A stretch of 64,000 nucleotides of DNA from a virus (lineage: Duplodnaviria; Caudoviricetes). The stretch is from positions 64,001-128,000 of IMG/VR virus record IMGVR_UViG_3300037484_000235; one strand, written 5' to 3'. The position numbers were made by a program, and so were the translations under genes. Shown piece after piece: positions 1-9,888 of this stretch; the stretch's first letter is position 1; the number at the start of each line of letters is the position of its first letter. The notes beneath the pieces were generated by a model. That model saw nothing but the letters and a program-made list of their open reading frames with translations. It was not told where the DNA came from and did no database searches.

Positions 1-67
1 CGGACTGCATCCCCAGGGATCTTCCCCCTTGGGGATGAATTTTGATAGGCGAGAGAGGATGAGTACA

Positions 68-316
68 TCAGACATGGGAACCACCGGGTAGGTGTGGAAG
101 GAGTCCGTTCTCTCGAAGCCACGCTTTCTCGTCTTGCTCAAACTTGTCGCTGTCCATTCGAATCAGGTACAGGGCCTGGTCGTACCCATCTTGAGCAGTG
201 ACGACAGATCCATCCCAGCTCACTGGGGATCTCATTGCCCCGATCGCCTTGTTGAGAACCGGGTGATTTCGATTCTCGTTGTAGGCTTCCAGCTTGGAGA
301 GCAGGCCGTCCATCAC
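68..316 (-). CDS. hypothetical protein
   Basis: 82-aa ORF in an ATGA-overlapped minus-strand string. Confidence 0.55.
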   Translation of the reverse strand: MMDGLLSKLEAYNENRNHPVLNKAIGAMRSPVSWDGSVVTAQDGYDQALYLIRMDSDKFEQDEKAWLRENGLLPHLPGGSHV

Positions 317-489
317 CCCTCCTTAAACATCTCGTCGGCCAGCCTTCGAACAGCACTGGCTGAAAGCTCGTAAGCGATTGCGCAGCCGTCATCGAAGTCA
401 CCTTCCGCGTTCTGCCTGGAGGACTTGGCGTCATGCTCCAGCTTGGCAGCGAGAGCTTCGAGCTTCTTCACGGTCTTGAACTTGTCCAT
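313..489 (-). CDS. hypothetical protein (MDKFKTVKKLEAL...)
   Basis: ATG at 489 overlaps the stop of the upstream ORF; helical sequence. Confidence 0.55.
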   Translation of the reverse strand: MDKFKTVKKLEALAAKLEHDAKSSRQNAEGDFDDGCAIAYELSASAVRRLADEMFKEG

Positions 490-908
490 CAGCAGTGCTC
501 CCAATCGTAGGCCACTAGGCGGCCATCCTTGGTTGTCCCGACTTGCCCGCAGTCCACCGACCACGTCCAATCAGCTTTCTCCGACCAACCTACGTGCTTG
601 ACGGACTCCATGCGTAAAATCGGCAATCCGAACCTCGTGGACAGTTCCTGGTCGAACCAAGCACGGGCCCGAGGCTCCCACTGGTTATCACACGTATGTT
701 CCTCGTAGCAGTTGGCATCGATCCCACTCAGGACGGTGGGAACCTTGATTACAGTGTCACCATCACGGAAGACTGCCCGGTGACGACCCACCATAGGCTC
801 TCCAAAGACCTGGGTGAGTGCGGCACGGGCCTGCTCAAAGAGACATGGGTCCGGCTCGATGCACACCTCGACTGGGCGGGGCTTGGGGCGTTGCTTGGGC
901 GGATGCAC
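489..908 (-). CDS. small protein-kinase-like fold protein
   Basis: RAVF..G..VIKVP....G..AN..E, then DCGQVG...DGRLVAYDW; resembles VAIK, alphaC-Glu, catalytic-loop and DFG positions. Confidence 0.5.
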   Translation of the reverse strand: MHPPKQRPKPRPVEVCIEPDPCLFEQARAALTQVFGEPMVGRHRAVFRDGDTVIKVPTVLSGIDANCYEEHTCDNQWEPRARAWFDQELSTRFGLPILRMESVKHVGWSEKADWTWSVDCGQVGTTKDGRLVAYDWEHC

Positions 909-912
909 AGGA

Positions 913-1107
913 TCACTCCTTCAGGGCACGGAGGGCCACGCATGCCATGCGAAGTTCCTCCCGCTCAAGCGACGTGCGGTGCCTCAGGACGACCTTGTTG
1001 CGCCGCGCAGACTTCAGCGTCGAGTAGGTCGGACGGTGGCGAAAGCCCATCGTGACCTTGTACTCGAAGTGCTCGATCGCTTCCAGGGTCTTCTTGGTGG
1101 GGGTCAC
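913..1107 (-). CDS. hypothetical basic protein
   Basis: GTG at 1107 with GAGGAAG SD, downstream of promoter-like GATCGTGTAA (1158-1149). Confidence 0.5.
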   Translation of the reverse strand: MTPTKKTLEAIEHFEYKVTMGFRHRPTYSTLKSARRNKVVLRHRTSLEREELRMACVALRALKE

Positions 1108-1166
1108 GGTGTCTTCCTCGTCTAGATAACGGGTGACCCACCCATAGATTACACGATCGGTAACCC

Positions 1167-1493
1167 CTATTCGTCGTTGGATTCGGATCCGAAGAGTTCG
1201 TCCAGACGAAACTTCAGTGTGCGGGGCATGGCACAGTACTCGACCAACTTCCTGGTTTCTGGCTTGGACTTGAACGCATCCGAACCAGGCAAAGCTCCAC
1301 GCTCCCCACGGAGGTCTACCTCCCAGGTCCAGATGTCTTCCAAAAGCTTTTCCATGAGCTTTGCCCGAGCAAGCTCTTCCGCCAGATTCTCTAGGGTTGG
1401 GAATGTGTTGTCGCTGCGCATTTGGTCTGTCCCTCCATCTAGACAACGGGTGGGGGCCCAGAGTTTATATGCTTGAGGACACCAGACGGTCAT
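1167..1493 (-). CDS. hypothetical protein (alternative start 1421)
   Basis: ORF track; ATGA overlap with the upstream gene. Confidence 0.55.
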   Translation of the reverse strand: MTVWCPQAYKLWAPTRCLDGGTDQMRSDNTFPTLENLAEELARAKLMEKLLEDIWTWEVDLRGERGALPGSDAFKSKPETRKLVEYCAMPRTLKFRLDELFGSESNDE

Positions 1494-1984
1494 TCCTTTG
1501 ATGGATCTGGACCTACACCCAAGTCAACGAGATTCGATCCGGCAAATTGAAGAGATACCCGAGGTGTACCTTCAATTTCCTCGATTGCTGACAACACAGA
1601 TGATCGGACCTCCTTTTTGAGGCCCGATATACGACGCACTATGTTAGGGTGGCACTCGTAAGTGCAGGTCTCCTCAAACAGGGCGCTAAACACCATTGGG
1701 GTGATGGATCTCTTCAAGGCAGCAATGTCGGTTTTTTTGGACACTTGGAGGATGCTTTTTGGGAGAGTCACCATGGCACGGGTCATTCCCGTTCCTTCGA
1801 TGACTACAGTCCCAGGTATCTTGCGCTTGAGCTTAGCCTGGTTGCGTAGCTCGTCTTTCAATGGCACAAGAGCTTCATTTGCACGCTTGATGACATCCCA
1901 AAGGCGTGCCCCCGCTGCAATCCGGACCTCTAGTGGGAGGTTCGGATCTTTAGCAGCAAGCATGTCACGATCAGGATCGTCCAC
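1490..1984 (-). CDS. hypothetical protein
   Basis: 164-aa ORF in an operon-like string. Confidence 0.65.
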   Translation of the reverse strand: MDDPDRDMLAAKDPNLPLEVRIAAGARLWDVIKRANEALVPLKDELRNQAKLKRKIPGTVVIEGTGMTRAMVTLPKSILQVSKKTDIAALKRSITPMVFSALFEETCTYECHPNIVRRISGLKKEVRSSVLSAIEEIEGTPRVSLQFAGSNLVDLGVGPDPSKE

Positions 1985-1988
1985 AGCG

Positions 1989-2876
1989 CTACTTAGACGG
2001 GAAGCTTTCGGCGCGCACTACACCCTCACCAGGGATGTAGTAGCAAGCGTCCCCTTCCTTGATCTGGCTCCCGGATCTTGCACAGATCCCATCGTGTTGA
2101 GCAACCATCTTTTTCCCCTCAGGGGCAGGAGTCACACGTGCGACGGTCTGTGTATCTGAGAGAACAGACCCAATGATCGGCCTCAATTTGTCGATAGCCC
2201 TTTGGTTCTCTTTCGAGGATCCAGATGCAGCGACTGCGGCTATTCTGGCTGAGAGATTCGACAGCCCCTTAGCCAGGGTAGTTCCACACGGACTCGCAAG
2301 GGGGCAGTTAGTACAAGCTGGATCCTTCGAAGACCAGTATCCGTAACAGGGCGTATTGCCCTTGACGAGACTTCGAATGTAAGGATCCTGCATCCAGGCA
2401 GGTGCCCCGGTATCCTCTTGGGGGATTGGGGACCTGACAACAATAGGTTCCAGAGCCACTACAGGAATGGACTCCTTGACGTGTTGTGTGACTGACGGCA
2501 CTTCAGGTGAAACCACTGCCTTGGGCTCCTTCGGTGCCTTGGGCTCCTTCGGTGCCTCAGGTGCAGACTTCAGTCCGTTGAACTTCGTCCAATCCGCGAC
2601 CACTTCCCATCCTAGGGGGGTCAACCTCGTTGCCGTTGGACCGGGACCTGTGATGAGTCCCTTCTTGCGGAGGTGTGAAACCGCGTTGCTCATCGGGATG
2701 AGGACCGCAGGTCGCTTGTCCTTGAGACCCATGCAGTCACGCGTGAGTCCTAGATTGGCTAGTGCAAGATCCGAGAATACCGGGTAAGGATGACACGCAT
2801 CTTTGTCATCCTTACCGAGGGCGGCCAGAGCGTTGCAGATCGGTTTGTGCAGTTCGGAACCAGAAACGTTGGTCAT
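1989..2876 (-). CDS. Mrr_N-like winged-helix protein with APKEPK linker and two Cys-rich C-terminal motifs
   Basis: N-terminal KPIC.AL..L...SNA.S.LRKKGLI...LT.LGW is shared with 2956-3492 and 33138-34418; CYG..CTNCPLASPC and AQHDGICARSGSQI motifs. Confidence 0.65.
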   Translation of the reverse strand: MTNVSGSELHKPICNALAALGKDDKDACHPYPVFSDLALANLGLTRDCMGLKDKRPAVLIPMSNAVSHLRKKGLITGPGPTATRLTPLGWEVVADWTKFNGLKSAPEAPKEPKAPKEPKAVVSPEVPSVTQHVKESIPVVALEPIVVRSPIPQEDTGAPAWMQDPYIRSLVKGNTPCYGYWSSKDPACTNCPLASPCGTTLAKGLSNLSARIAAVAASGSSKENQRAIDKLRPIIGSVLSDTQTVARVTPAPEGKKMVAQHDGICARSGSQIKEGDACYYIPGEGVVRAESFPSK

Positions 2877-2955
2877 TGTGTGCGCGGTTCATCCCCATTT
2901 GCACAGGGAATACCTTTCTGGTTCTGTAACTCTTGGGATCGCCCTGTTTTCACGA

Positions 2956-3492
2956 TCAGATCGTCGGAACAGTCGGTTCCGCGGATTCCTCAGCTACCAC
3001 AGGGGCGACAGCCTTGGGCGCCTTCGGTGCCTTGGGCGCCTTGGGGGCCTTCGGTGCCTTGGGGGCCTTCGGTGCCTTGGGGGCCTTCGGTGCCTTGGGG
3101 GCCTTCGGTGCCTTGGGTGCCTTGGGTGCCTTGGGTGCCTTGGGCTCCTTCGGTGCCTTCGGTGCCTTGACAGGCATCTTCGGGAGTTCCGCACGTCCCT
3201 CTGCCACATCCCATCCAAGTGAAGTCAACTTGGACTTGCGACCATCGGATACGATGACACCACGCTGACGGAGGCTGAAAAGTGCGTTGCTCATCGGGAT
3301 GAGAACCGCAGCTCTCTTGTCCTTGAGACCCATGCAATCGAGCGTGAGGTTCAGGGACGCCAGTGCGTGATTTGCGAAGTCCATGAACTGGTGCCAGGAA
3401 TCCCTGTCGGCCTTGCCGAGTTCGGCTAGGGAGGCGTAGATTGGCTTGATGAGATCGCCCTGCGAAACCGTCTTTGTCGTTGTATTCGTCAT
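2956..3492 (-). CDS. winged-helix protein with (PKA)n tail, histone H1-like architecture
   Basis: same N-terminal domain as its paralogs, followed by about 17 PKA/PKE triplets. Confidence 0.7.
   Translation of the reverse strand: MTNTTTKTVSQGDLIKPIYASLAELGKADRDSWHQFMDFANHALASLNLTLDCMGLKDKRAAVLIPMSNALFSLRQRGVIVSDGRKSKLTSLGWDVAEGRAELPKMPVKAPKAPKEPKAPKAPKAPKAPKAPKAPKAPKAPKAPKAPKAPKAPKAPKAPKAVAPVVAEESAEPTVPTI
3011..3169. repeat. 9-bp tandem coding repeat (GCCTTGGGN/GCCTTCGGT) encoding PKA
   Basis: directly visible; an 18-bp sub-block also appears twice at about 2517-2556 in the paralog. Confidence 0.95.
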
Positions 3493-3555
3493 GATATTTC
3501 TCCGGATCTGAACACGAACTGTTTGGTGTTTACTGCATTGATTATGACAGGCCGC

Positions 3556-4743
3556 TCACCAACCATCGGTTAGTGGTCTGTCAGAAATGTGAGAGGTGTC
3601 CCCCTCATTGACCAGGCCCCCCTTGATATGTGGGTCCATGATCCTCTTGACGTTCTCCCTAGTGTCAGCATCTGGCATTCCGTCGAGAACGACCCGGGCG
3701 GCACGTTTGAGAAGTACCTCAAGCGCTACTGTACGTGGTAGGATCTCCAGAAGATCCTCAGCCGCACTTGCCCACGAGCAGACTGTACGGTGGCTCCACT
3801 CACAGTAGACTTCTTCCTTCTCTACACCTTCACGTACTGCAAATGTAGCACGCATCATAGTGCTGATTGCATTCGGAGCACGTTCCGCGAGCAGGGGGAA
3901 CTTTGCTTTCGCGATTGGCTCTTCGTCACGTAGATCCATTGAGTGGAACTGAATCTTACGCTCGAAGCGATCCAAAATGGATGCATCAATTGGATTTGAT
4001 GAGATGCATCGTCCCGTAGTGTCTCCGGCACCCGATGAATTTGCGGTGGCTACGATGGTTGTACCAGGAAACACCGGATAGATTTCACCGGTTGGCCCGC
4101 TGATGCGACCCTGGATTGAATCCAGTATCTGACGAAGCTCCTCCGCTTGTTGGCGTGTGGCCCGATCAAAATCTGAGAGGATAATCAGGTAAGGTACGCG
4201 CCTTCCACTACCGGTCAAGTAACCGTCTCGGAGAGCCTTGAGAAGAACTCCCTCTTCCCACTTCGTTCCTTGGGCGTCAAAGCTTCGTGTGAACTTCCAG
4301 GATTGGAGATCAGCACCCTGGACGACAGAAAAGAGAAGCGAGGGACGCCTGGTCATAGCACAGAGTGCCGACACGGCTGCGTCTTTGCCAACTCCAGGGG
4401 CGCCCCACACCCAAATCGAACGGCATTTCTTGACTGCTACAGCTACGTCCTGTACATCCCTGGCGAGAGGGCCGTGGGTTGGAACAGTGTAATGTGCTGG
4501 CATTGGCAAACAGGCGGATGCAGGAACCTCTATGTCAACTGGAAATGTCACCCCCGCGAACTTCAGAGAGAGCCCCTCTACAGTAGCTTCTTTCCGCTTC
4601 CCTGTGGTGGCCTCCGGGTACTGCACTAGGTACCCATCGAGTGACAGATCGTGTTCGTTGACGAGGTGATCCCCAAGCCAATGGGCTTCTATGCCACAGA
4701 TACGGCACTTGGCGAGACCAGATTGGGTAGCGATCATGTTCAT
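3556..4743 (-). CDS. MoxR/CobS-like AAA+ ATPase with N-terminal C2H2 zinc finger
   Basis: CRICG..HWLGDHLVNEH; Walker A WGAPGVGKD; Walker B IILSDFDR; VATANS; DASILDRF. Confidence 0.85.
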   Translation of the reverse strand: MNMIATQSGLAKCRICGIEAHWLGDHLVNEHDLSLDGYLVQYPEATTGKRKEATVEGLSLKFAGVTFPVDIEVPASACLPMPAHYTVPTHGPLARDVQDVAVAVKKCRSIWVWGAPGVGKDAAVSALCAMTRRPSLLFSVVQGADLQSWKFTRSFDAQGTKWEEGVLLKALRDGYLTGSGRRVPYLIILSDFDRATRQQAEELRQILDSIQGRISGPTGEIYPVFPGTTIVATANSSGAGDTTGRCISSNPIDASILDRFERKIQFHSMDLRDEEPIAKAKFPLLAERAPNAISTMMRATFAVREGVEKEEVYCEWSHRTVCSWASAAEDLLEILPRTVALEVLLKRAARVVLDGMPDADTRENVKRIMDPHIKGGLVNEGDTSHISDRPLTDGW

Positions 4744-4969
4744 TTGAGGACTAGATTGAGCGGCAGCCAATCACTGATTGATTCCTTACGCTTTCCAAAC
4801 GAACGAGGCGACTCATCTTACACGTTATGGGCAATCTTTCTCATAACCAATCGAAATTGCTGCATATTTTATTTCAACACACAGCTACCAATTGGGGACA
4901 GTACCCGGTAGGATTGCTGGATCGTGAAAAACTACTTTACCCAAACGTTGGGTGTGTAAGAAGGAGAAG

Positions 4970-7042
4970 ATGACCTCTACTACAGGTAAGGACATGATGG
5001 CAGGTTCGATTTCAGGGGCACGGGTGCGCTCGGGTCATCGGGCAAGCCTGTTTGGGATCTTGGGCAGAAAGATGATCCCCATCCACAGCAGTGGAACCGG
5101 ATTCATGATGCGGGGGCACTTCCCGTTCCGCCAGGTGCTCCAGAAGATAGTTGCGCACTCTAAAATCTCGGTTGACCCCCCCACTGATCTTATCTTCCGC
5201 AAGTGGGCCAGTCAAATCTCCAAGGACTCGAAGGTCAAACCGAGTATCCAAATCGCAGAGACAGGGGACCTGCTCACACGTCGTGAGTACATGGCACTGA
5301 TCGGAGGAGCGAATCATGAGGGGTGGCATCATCTCTACACTGCTCAGGGACCTGTGACAGGGGAAGAGTTGTCTCAATCTATCCTACCTGGCTATAGGGT
5401 CGGTGTACCGTACCACTTGTACCCCGATCTGTTGAGTGCATCCCAAAATGTCTTTGAGGACATCCACATTGAAAGGATTGGATGCGCGGAGTTTCCTGGT
5501 GCCTACACGAAGATGGCGGATCTGGCAGATTTCATTCTGGACCAGGAATCCAAAGCTCTCAAATCGAATCCTGAAACGAAAGAGTCTGCGGCTGGTACTG
5601 CGTTGTGTTTGATCCGTGAAGTTGGTTTCGGCTACAACACGGTGAAAACCAGAGCAGCGATGGATCACTATCGCTCGACGCACCCGGAAATCGTTGATCT
5701 TGTACTCAACGGTGCACTTTCGCCAGTCCTACGTGAGGCCATTCCGGATGTGTCCACACCGGCTGCAATCCTTCAAGCCAAAGAAAACAAGGGATTGTCT
5801 ACAACTCTTGCCCTTCGGTTTATTGCGCTGCTTCACGAACTGGTCGTGGCCCCACCTACCCCACCTGAACCGGAAAATCAAGGGGAGACACAACAGAACG
5901 ATCCAGAACAGGATCCAGAACAGGATGATCTGAAAGATCCGGAATCGAGTAATGGAGACCCGGTAGACCTCAGCAAGGAAGAAAGACCTGGAGGCACCTC
6001 CCCGGACGGTTCTGGTGAGGCTGCGGCGGCGATTCTCCAGTCTATACCCGATGGCGTGTTAGATTATGCGAGTGCTCTAGAGCAGGCTGTCTCAAATGCA
6101 CTCAAAGCGGAGGACAAGACCCAGGAAGCTGGCGAGATGCCCTACCGACCCTACACCACAACTCAAGATCAGACACTCAAACCTACGGAAAATGAGCCTG
6201 AAGCTCGTCTTCTAATCAAGAAGGTCATTGCCGGAACCAAGAGGGAGACATCGTTCCTTCGATCCAAGCTTCGACTCATGTTTCGTGCACTAGAGGATGG
6301 TGCCAGGTTCCATGGTGTTCGAAAAGGGACTGGGCTCTCTGAACGATTTCTGGTGGACACATTGGCTTCAATCCAAGATGGAAAGGACCCCTCTCGGGCT
6401 TTCTACGAGGACTCCACGTCGATGGACACATCGATAGCTGTTTGCATCGTAGTGGATGAGAGTTCCTCAATGTCTAGAAAGCTCAAAGACACAAGCGCAA
6501 TCCTCTACACCCTGTGTCAGTCCCTAGATTCGATTGAGGCTAACTTCTCTGTAGTGGGATTCCGTGACAGAGATATTGGCTATGTTCAGGGGGCGAAGAC
6601 CAATGTCGTTTACCACCGTCACGGTCCTATCACATACGACATTTTCAAGAGTTTTGAAGAAAAGTTCCGTAGCGTTTCATGGCGACTTGGGAACATCAAA
6701 GCAACCGGAGGCACTCCAATGGCCGATGGTATCGAGTTCGCCCTCAACGCTCTTTCAACACGACGGGAGGGGCACCGAATCCTTTTTGTAGTCACTGACG
6801 GTCAACCAAATCCAAACCACAGGCCAATCATTAAGGGTCAAATTCGCCGCGCCCAAGCGGCTGGTATTCTTGTCATCGGTGTGGGACTTGGAAAAGACGC
6901 CAGGTACGTTCAAACAACCTTCCCAGACAACGTGTGGGCCATGACCCTATCGAGTATCCCTGCTCTCCTTGTTGCCAAACTTCACGAAATGGTCAGAAAG
7001 ATTGGTACCTCTAAGCGAGGGATTCGAGTCAAGTCTGTCTGA
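4970..7042 (+). CDS. CobT-like vWA domain protein
   Basis: MIDAS motif VVDESSSM, ATGGTPM, VVTDGQP, VIGVGLG; acidic linker; AAGGAG SD. Confidence 0.85.
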   Translation: MTSTTGKDMMAGSISGARVRSGHRASLFGILGRKMIPIHSSGTGFMMRGHFPFRQVLQKIVAHSKISVDPPTDLIFRKWASQISKDSKVKPSIQIAETGDLLTRREYMALIGGANHEGWHHLYTAQGPVTGEELSQSILPGYRVGVPYHLYPDLLSASQNVFEDIHIERIGCAEFPGAYTKMADLADFILDQESKALKSNPETKESAAGTALCLIREVGFGYNTVKTRAAMDHYRSTHPEIVDLVLNGALSPVLREAIPDVSTPAAILQAKENKGLSTTLALRFIALLHELVVAPPTPPEPENQGETQQNDPEQDPEQDDLKDPESSNGDPVDLSKEERPGGTSPDGSGEAAAAILQSIPDGVLDYASALEQAVSNALKAEDKTQEAGEMPYRPYTTTQDQTLKPTENEPEARLLIKKVIAGTKRETSFLRSKLRLMFRALEDGARFHGVRKGTGLSERFLVDTLASIQDGKDPSRAFYEDSTSMDTSIAVCIVVDESSSMSRKLKDTSAILYTLCQSLDSIEANFSVVGFRDRDIGYVQGAKTNVVYHRHGPITYDIFKSFEEKFRSVSWRLGNIKATGGTPMADGIEFALNALSTRREGHRILFVVTDGQPNPNHRPIIKGQIRRAQAAGILVIGVGLGKDARYVQTTFPDNVWAMTLSSIPALLVAKLHEMVRKIGTSKRGIRVKSV

Positions 7043-7046
7043 GCAC

Positions 7047-7553
7047 GTGGTAGAGTCCAGGGTGCGTGCATGTCCCGATTGCGGTCTTTCCTACCAAGAC
7101 CCAAAAACAGTCTCCGAGAAGAACGCTCCGTTCGTATGCCCTGCATGTCTACGAAAGGCCGCACCGCGCCCCCCTGGGGGTTGGCCCATCGAACCCAGAT
7201 GGGTGAATGATTCCCGAGGAAGGGGCGTATTTGCCTCCCGTGACATCCTCAAGGGGGAAACGGTCGAACGCTGTTGGGTGATGCCACTCCCGGTCGAAGA
7301 GTCCAAGATGACTCTCACCATTCCCACAATCAATCGCTATCTGTTTCCATGGTCGGATGGTCAGCGAGCAATGCTTTCGGGTGAGGGACTACTCTACAAC
7401 TTTGACTCATTGGAGGCCACCAGACGCCAGCCCAACATGGAGTGTGTCCTGCGCAGAGGGATTGCCGCCATCGAGTTCCGGGCGATTCGGGACATCCGAG
7501 AAAACGAAGAGTTGACTTGGAATTACAAACGGGCGGTGTCTCGCAGGGAGTAA
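7047..7553 (+). CDS. Zn-ribbon plus SET domain protein (putative lysine methyltransferase)
   Basis: CPDC/CPAC; RGRGVFASRDI.KGE.VE; LYN...PN; FRAIRDIRENEELTWNY. Confidence 0.85.
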   Translation: MVESRVRACPDCGLSYQDPKTVSEKNAPFVCPACLRKAAPRPPGGWPIEPRWVNDSRGRGVFASRDILKGETVERCWVMPLPVEESKMTLTIPTINRYLFPWSDGQRAMLSGEGLLYNFDSLEATRRQPNMECVLRRGIAAIEFRAIRDIRENEELTWNYKRAVSRRE

Positions 7554-7563
7554 GTCCCCTGAT

Positions 7564-8034
7564 ATGGCACCACCCATCTCCAAGTTCTCTGGGCGGTACC
7601 GATTTCTGTCCAACTTCTTCCCAGCCCCGATTGTCATGAGCTTCGTCCATGAGGGCAAGAGATACAGATTCCTCATGCCCACCGTCGAGAATGCTTTTCA
7701 GGCTGCAAAGGTGGACACTCACATCATTGGACGTGTGGCTCGCATCCGGGCCTTTGTGGACCTCACGGCTGGGGAGGCAAAGAGGGCCGGTCGAAAAGTT
7801 GCCCTCCGATCTGATTGGGAGGGGATCAAATTATCAATCATGCACGCTCTTCTGGTCCAGAAGTTCTCCCATGCGGATCTTCGGGCCAGGCTCCTTGCAA
7901 CGGGGGACACTGAGCTGATCGAGGGAAATACTTGGGGGGATACTTGGTGGGGTGTTGATTTGCGAACAGGTGAAGGCGAAAATCATCTTGGGAAGACGCT
8001 AATGCGGGTTCGAGCCGAGATTCAGAGCGCCTAA
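7564..8034 (+). CDS. NADAR/YbiA family protein
   Basis: FLSNFFP; PTVENAFQAAK; AKRAGR; RSDWE; KF; LLATG..ELIEGN.WGD.WWG; GENHLGK.LM.VR. Confidence 0.9.
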   Translation: MAPPISKFSGRYRFLSNFFPAPIVMSFVHEGKRYRFLMPTVENAFQAAKVDTHIIGRVARIRAFVDLTAGEAKRAGRKVALRSDWEGIKLSIMHALLVQKFSHADLRARLLATGDTELIEGNTWGDTWWGVDLRTGEGENHLGKTLMRVRAEIQSA

Positions 8035-8057
8035 TCCATCTATTGGCCCCTAGAAGC

Positions 8058-8744
8058 ATGTCGAACCTTCGTTCTGGCCTCATCCGCCTCGCTCATAGCA
8101 AGCCAGAGTTTCGGCCTGCGATCCTGCCTCTGCTCAAGGAAGCCGGTTGTGAGAAACTCCCCGAAGGGGGTATGAGGGACAATTGCGAAAAGAAGGTCGA
8201 AGAGGGCAAGAAGGCATCCTCCTACCTCACTGAAGAGCAGTTTCGAGACAACAACCACACGCGCAACATGCGTTATCTAAACACGGCTCTTAAAGCGTTG
8301 TTGACGATTTCACGTTCTGTGAAATCCATTTACACCTCGGATGAGGGGGCACAACCGACGCGAGAGCAGTCGGCAGAGATGCTGATGACGGCTCAAGCCA
8401 TTGCGCTCAATGCTGGGGACATCGTCAAACTGGTGGGGCGTTCATCACGGACCACTAGAAGTAGGTCTTTCACCGCGAGTGCACGCCAAGAACTATTGTC
8501 CAAAACAGCCGCTTCGGAGATCCCTTTTTCGGAACTCCCAGAGCCTCAGATGGAACTCGTGAAGATCGTAGATCTGTCCCCGGTTACCATTTGGGATGGA
8601 GTCCACGGGTACATTGTGTCGTTCAAGAGCAGCTCACAAAGTGGGGCTCGGTTAGAGCGGGACACGCTCAAGAAGATTGTCGACCACAAGGACTTCCGTT
8701 GGATCTCCCCCTCTGGTAGGGGTAGCTTCTACATCGGGATGTGA
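8058..8744 (+). CDS. putative virion cargo protein with LRSxLIxLAHxxP motif
   Basis: begins MSNLRSGLIRLAHSKPEFRPAILPLLKEA; contains KxA junctions. Confidence 0.6.
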   Translation: MSNLRSGLIRLAHSKPEFRPAILPLLKEAGCEKLPEGGMRDNCEKKVEEGKKASSYLTEEQFRDNNHTRNMRYLNTALKALLTISRSVKSIYTSDEGAQPTREQSAEMLMTAQAIALNAGDIVKLVGRSSRTTRSRSFTASARQELLSKTAASEIPFSELPEPQMELVKIVDLSPVTIWDGVHGYIVSFKSSSQSGARLERDTLKKIVDHKDFRWISPSGRGSFYIGM

Positions 8745-8755
8745 GGACACCAATC

Positions 8756-9217
8756 ATGGAACCCAAGAGTCAATCCAATCAGTCAAGTCTTGCTCAGCTA
8801 CTTGCCGTTCTCAGGGCAATCCACTGGAGTCATTGGACGGCTCACTGGCAAGTCAAGGGGACACCATCGTATAGCGATCACATCCTCTTCGATAGCCTAT
8901 ACACGGGGATCCCGGCTGAGATAGATGCTCTGGCCGAGAAGATGGTTGCCTATTTTGGCGCGGAGGCAGTTGCACCAATACCCAGCATGGCCCTCTCGCA
9001 GCAATTCCTTGCGACCCATAGCAGTGAGCCCAACGTGTACCGGCGCGCGTTGAAGATGGAACTCCAACTTCAACGGACGCTTAAGCAGGTATACGAGTCA
9101 ATTGAAGACTCCAATGAAATGAGCCTTGGGCTTGACGACTTTCTCATGGCTGTTTCAAACACCCATGAGACCTCAATCTATCTCCTCCGCCAGAGGTTGC
9201 GACCGTCAGCCGTCTGA
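8756..9217 (+). CDS. ferritin/Dps-like four-helix protein
   Basis: HW.AHWQVKG..SY.DH.LF..LY...EID.LAE; final helix HE...YLL. Confidence 0.8.
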   Translation: MEPKSQSNQSSLAQLLAVLRAIHWSHWTAHWQVKGTPSYSDHILFDSLYTGIPAEIDALAEKMVAYFGAEAVAPIPSMALSQQFLATHSSEPNVYRRALKMELQLQRTLKQVYESIEDSNEMSLGLDDFLMAVSNTHETSIYLLRQRLRPSAV

Positions 9218-9853
9218 GTCCGGAGTAGATTCTTCCGCAGGACCGTTGATACCAGACATCTGCGATGCAGTGTCAGCGAGTGCTCTGGGTAGTAACTCCC
9301 CGTACTGCTCAACGGGGAGCAAGAACTTGCCGTCCTTTGTCTTCCCTGAGGCATCAAGTCCCTTGAGGAATTCCCCCATGACCGTGTAGAGGAAGTGCCA
9401 GACCTCGGGATTGCCCTGGGCGACAGGGTCCCCCTTCGCTGCCCAGACGAACTTCTTGGCGCGATTGACCAAGGCGAACATCTCCCGGGGCTTCAGGGAA
9501 CACCACAGGATGGTTCGGGTGCCCGAGGGGGATAGCTGATTCGTCGTGGCATCAAGGTGTGCTTCCAGCACGCGCTTGAAGAGTGCGGTGCGGGTGACGG
9601 TCTTCCCCTCATAGATCTCCGGGAACGCAGGGCTCCACACCCCCTGCTCGTAGGAGGACAGGAGGAAGTTCGATCCGTGAATCAGCCAGAACTCGTAGCC
9701 CGTCTGCGGATTCAAGGTGAAGTGTTCCAGGGAGTGCTTCTTCTTCTCCCGAAACTTGGTGGCTTCGCGGGCCTTTTCGATTTGTCGGTCTTTGGACCTG
9801 GCACTTGCCTTTTTTGCTCGTGTGCCTGCCTTCTGTGCTTTGTTCTTTGACAT
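9206..9853 (-). CDS. hypothetical protein with basic N-terminus
   Basis: 215-aa ORF; GGTGTAAGG motif just upstream. Confidence 0.7.
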   Translation of the reverse strand: MSKNKAQKAGTRAKKASARSKDRQIEKAREATKFREKKKHSLEHFTLNPQTGYEFWLIHGSNFLLSSYEQGVWSPAFPEIYEGKTVTRTALFKRVLEAHLDATTNQLSPSGTRTILWCSLKPREMFALVNRAKKFVWAAKGDPVAQGNPEVWHFLYTVMGEFLKGLDASGKTKDGKFLLPVEQYGELLPRALADTASQMSGINGPAEESTPDSDG

Positions 9854-9888
9854 TCCCACACCTTACACCCGGCGTAACGTACAACGTG

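Noticed and set aside
3556-7042. Functional cobaltochelatase for B12 synthesis
   Set aside because: No CobN in the window, and phage CobS/CobT-like pairs are generally not shown to act in cobalamin synthesis
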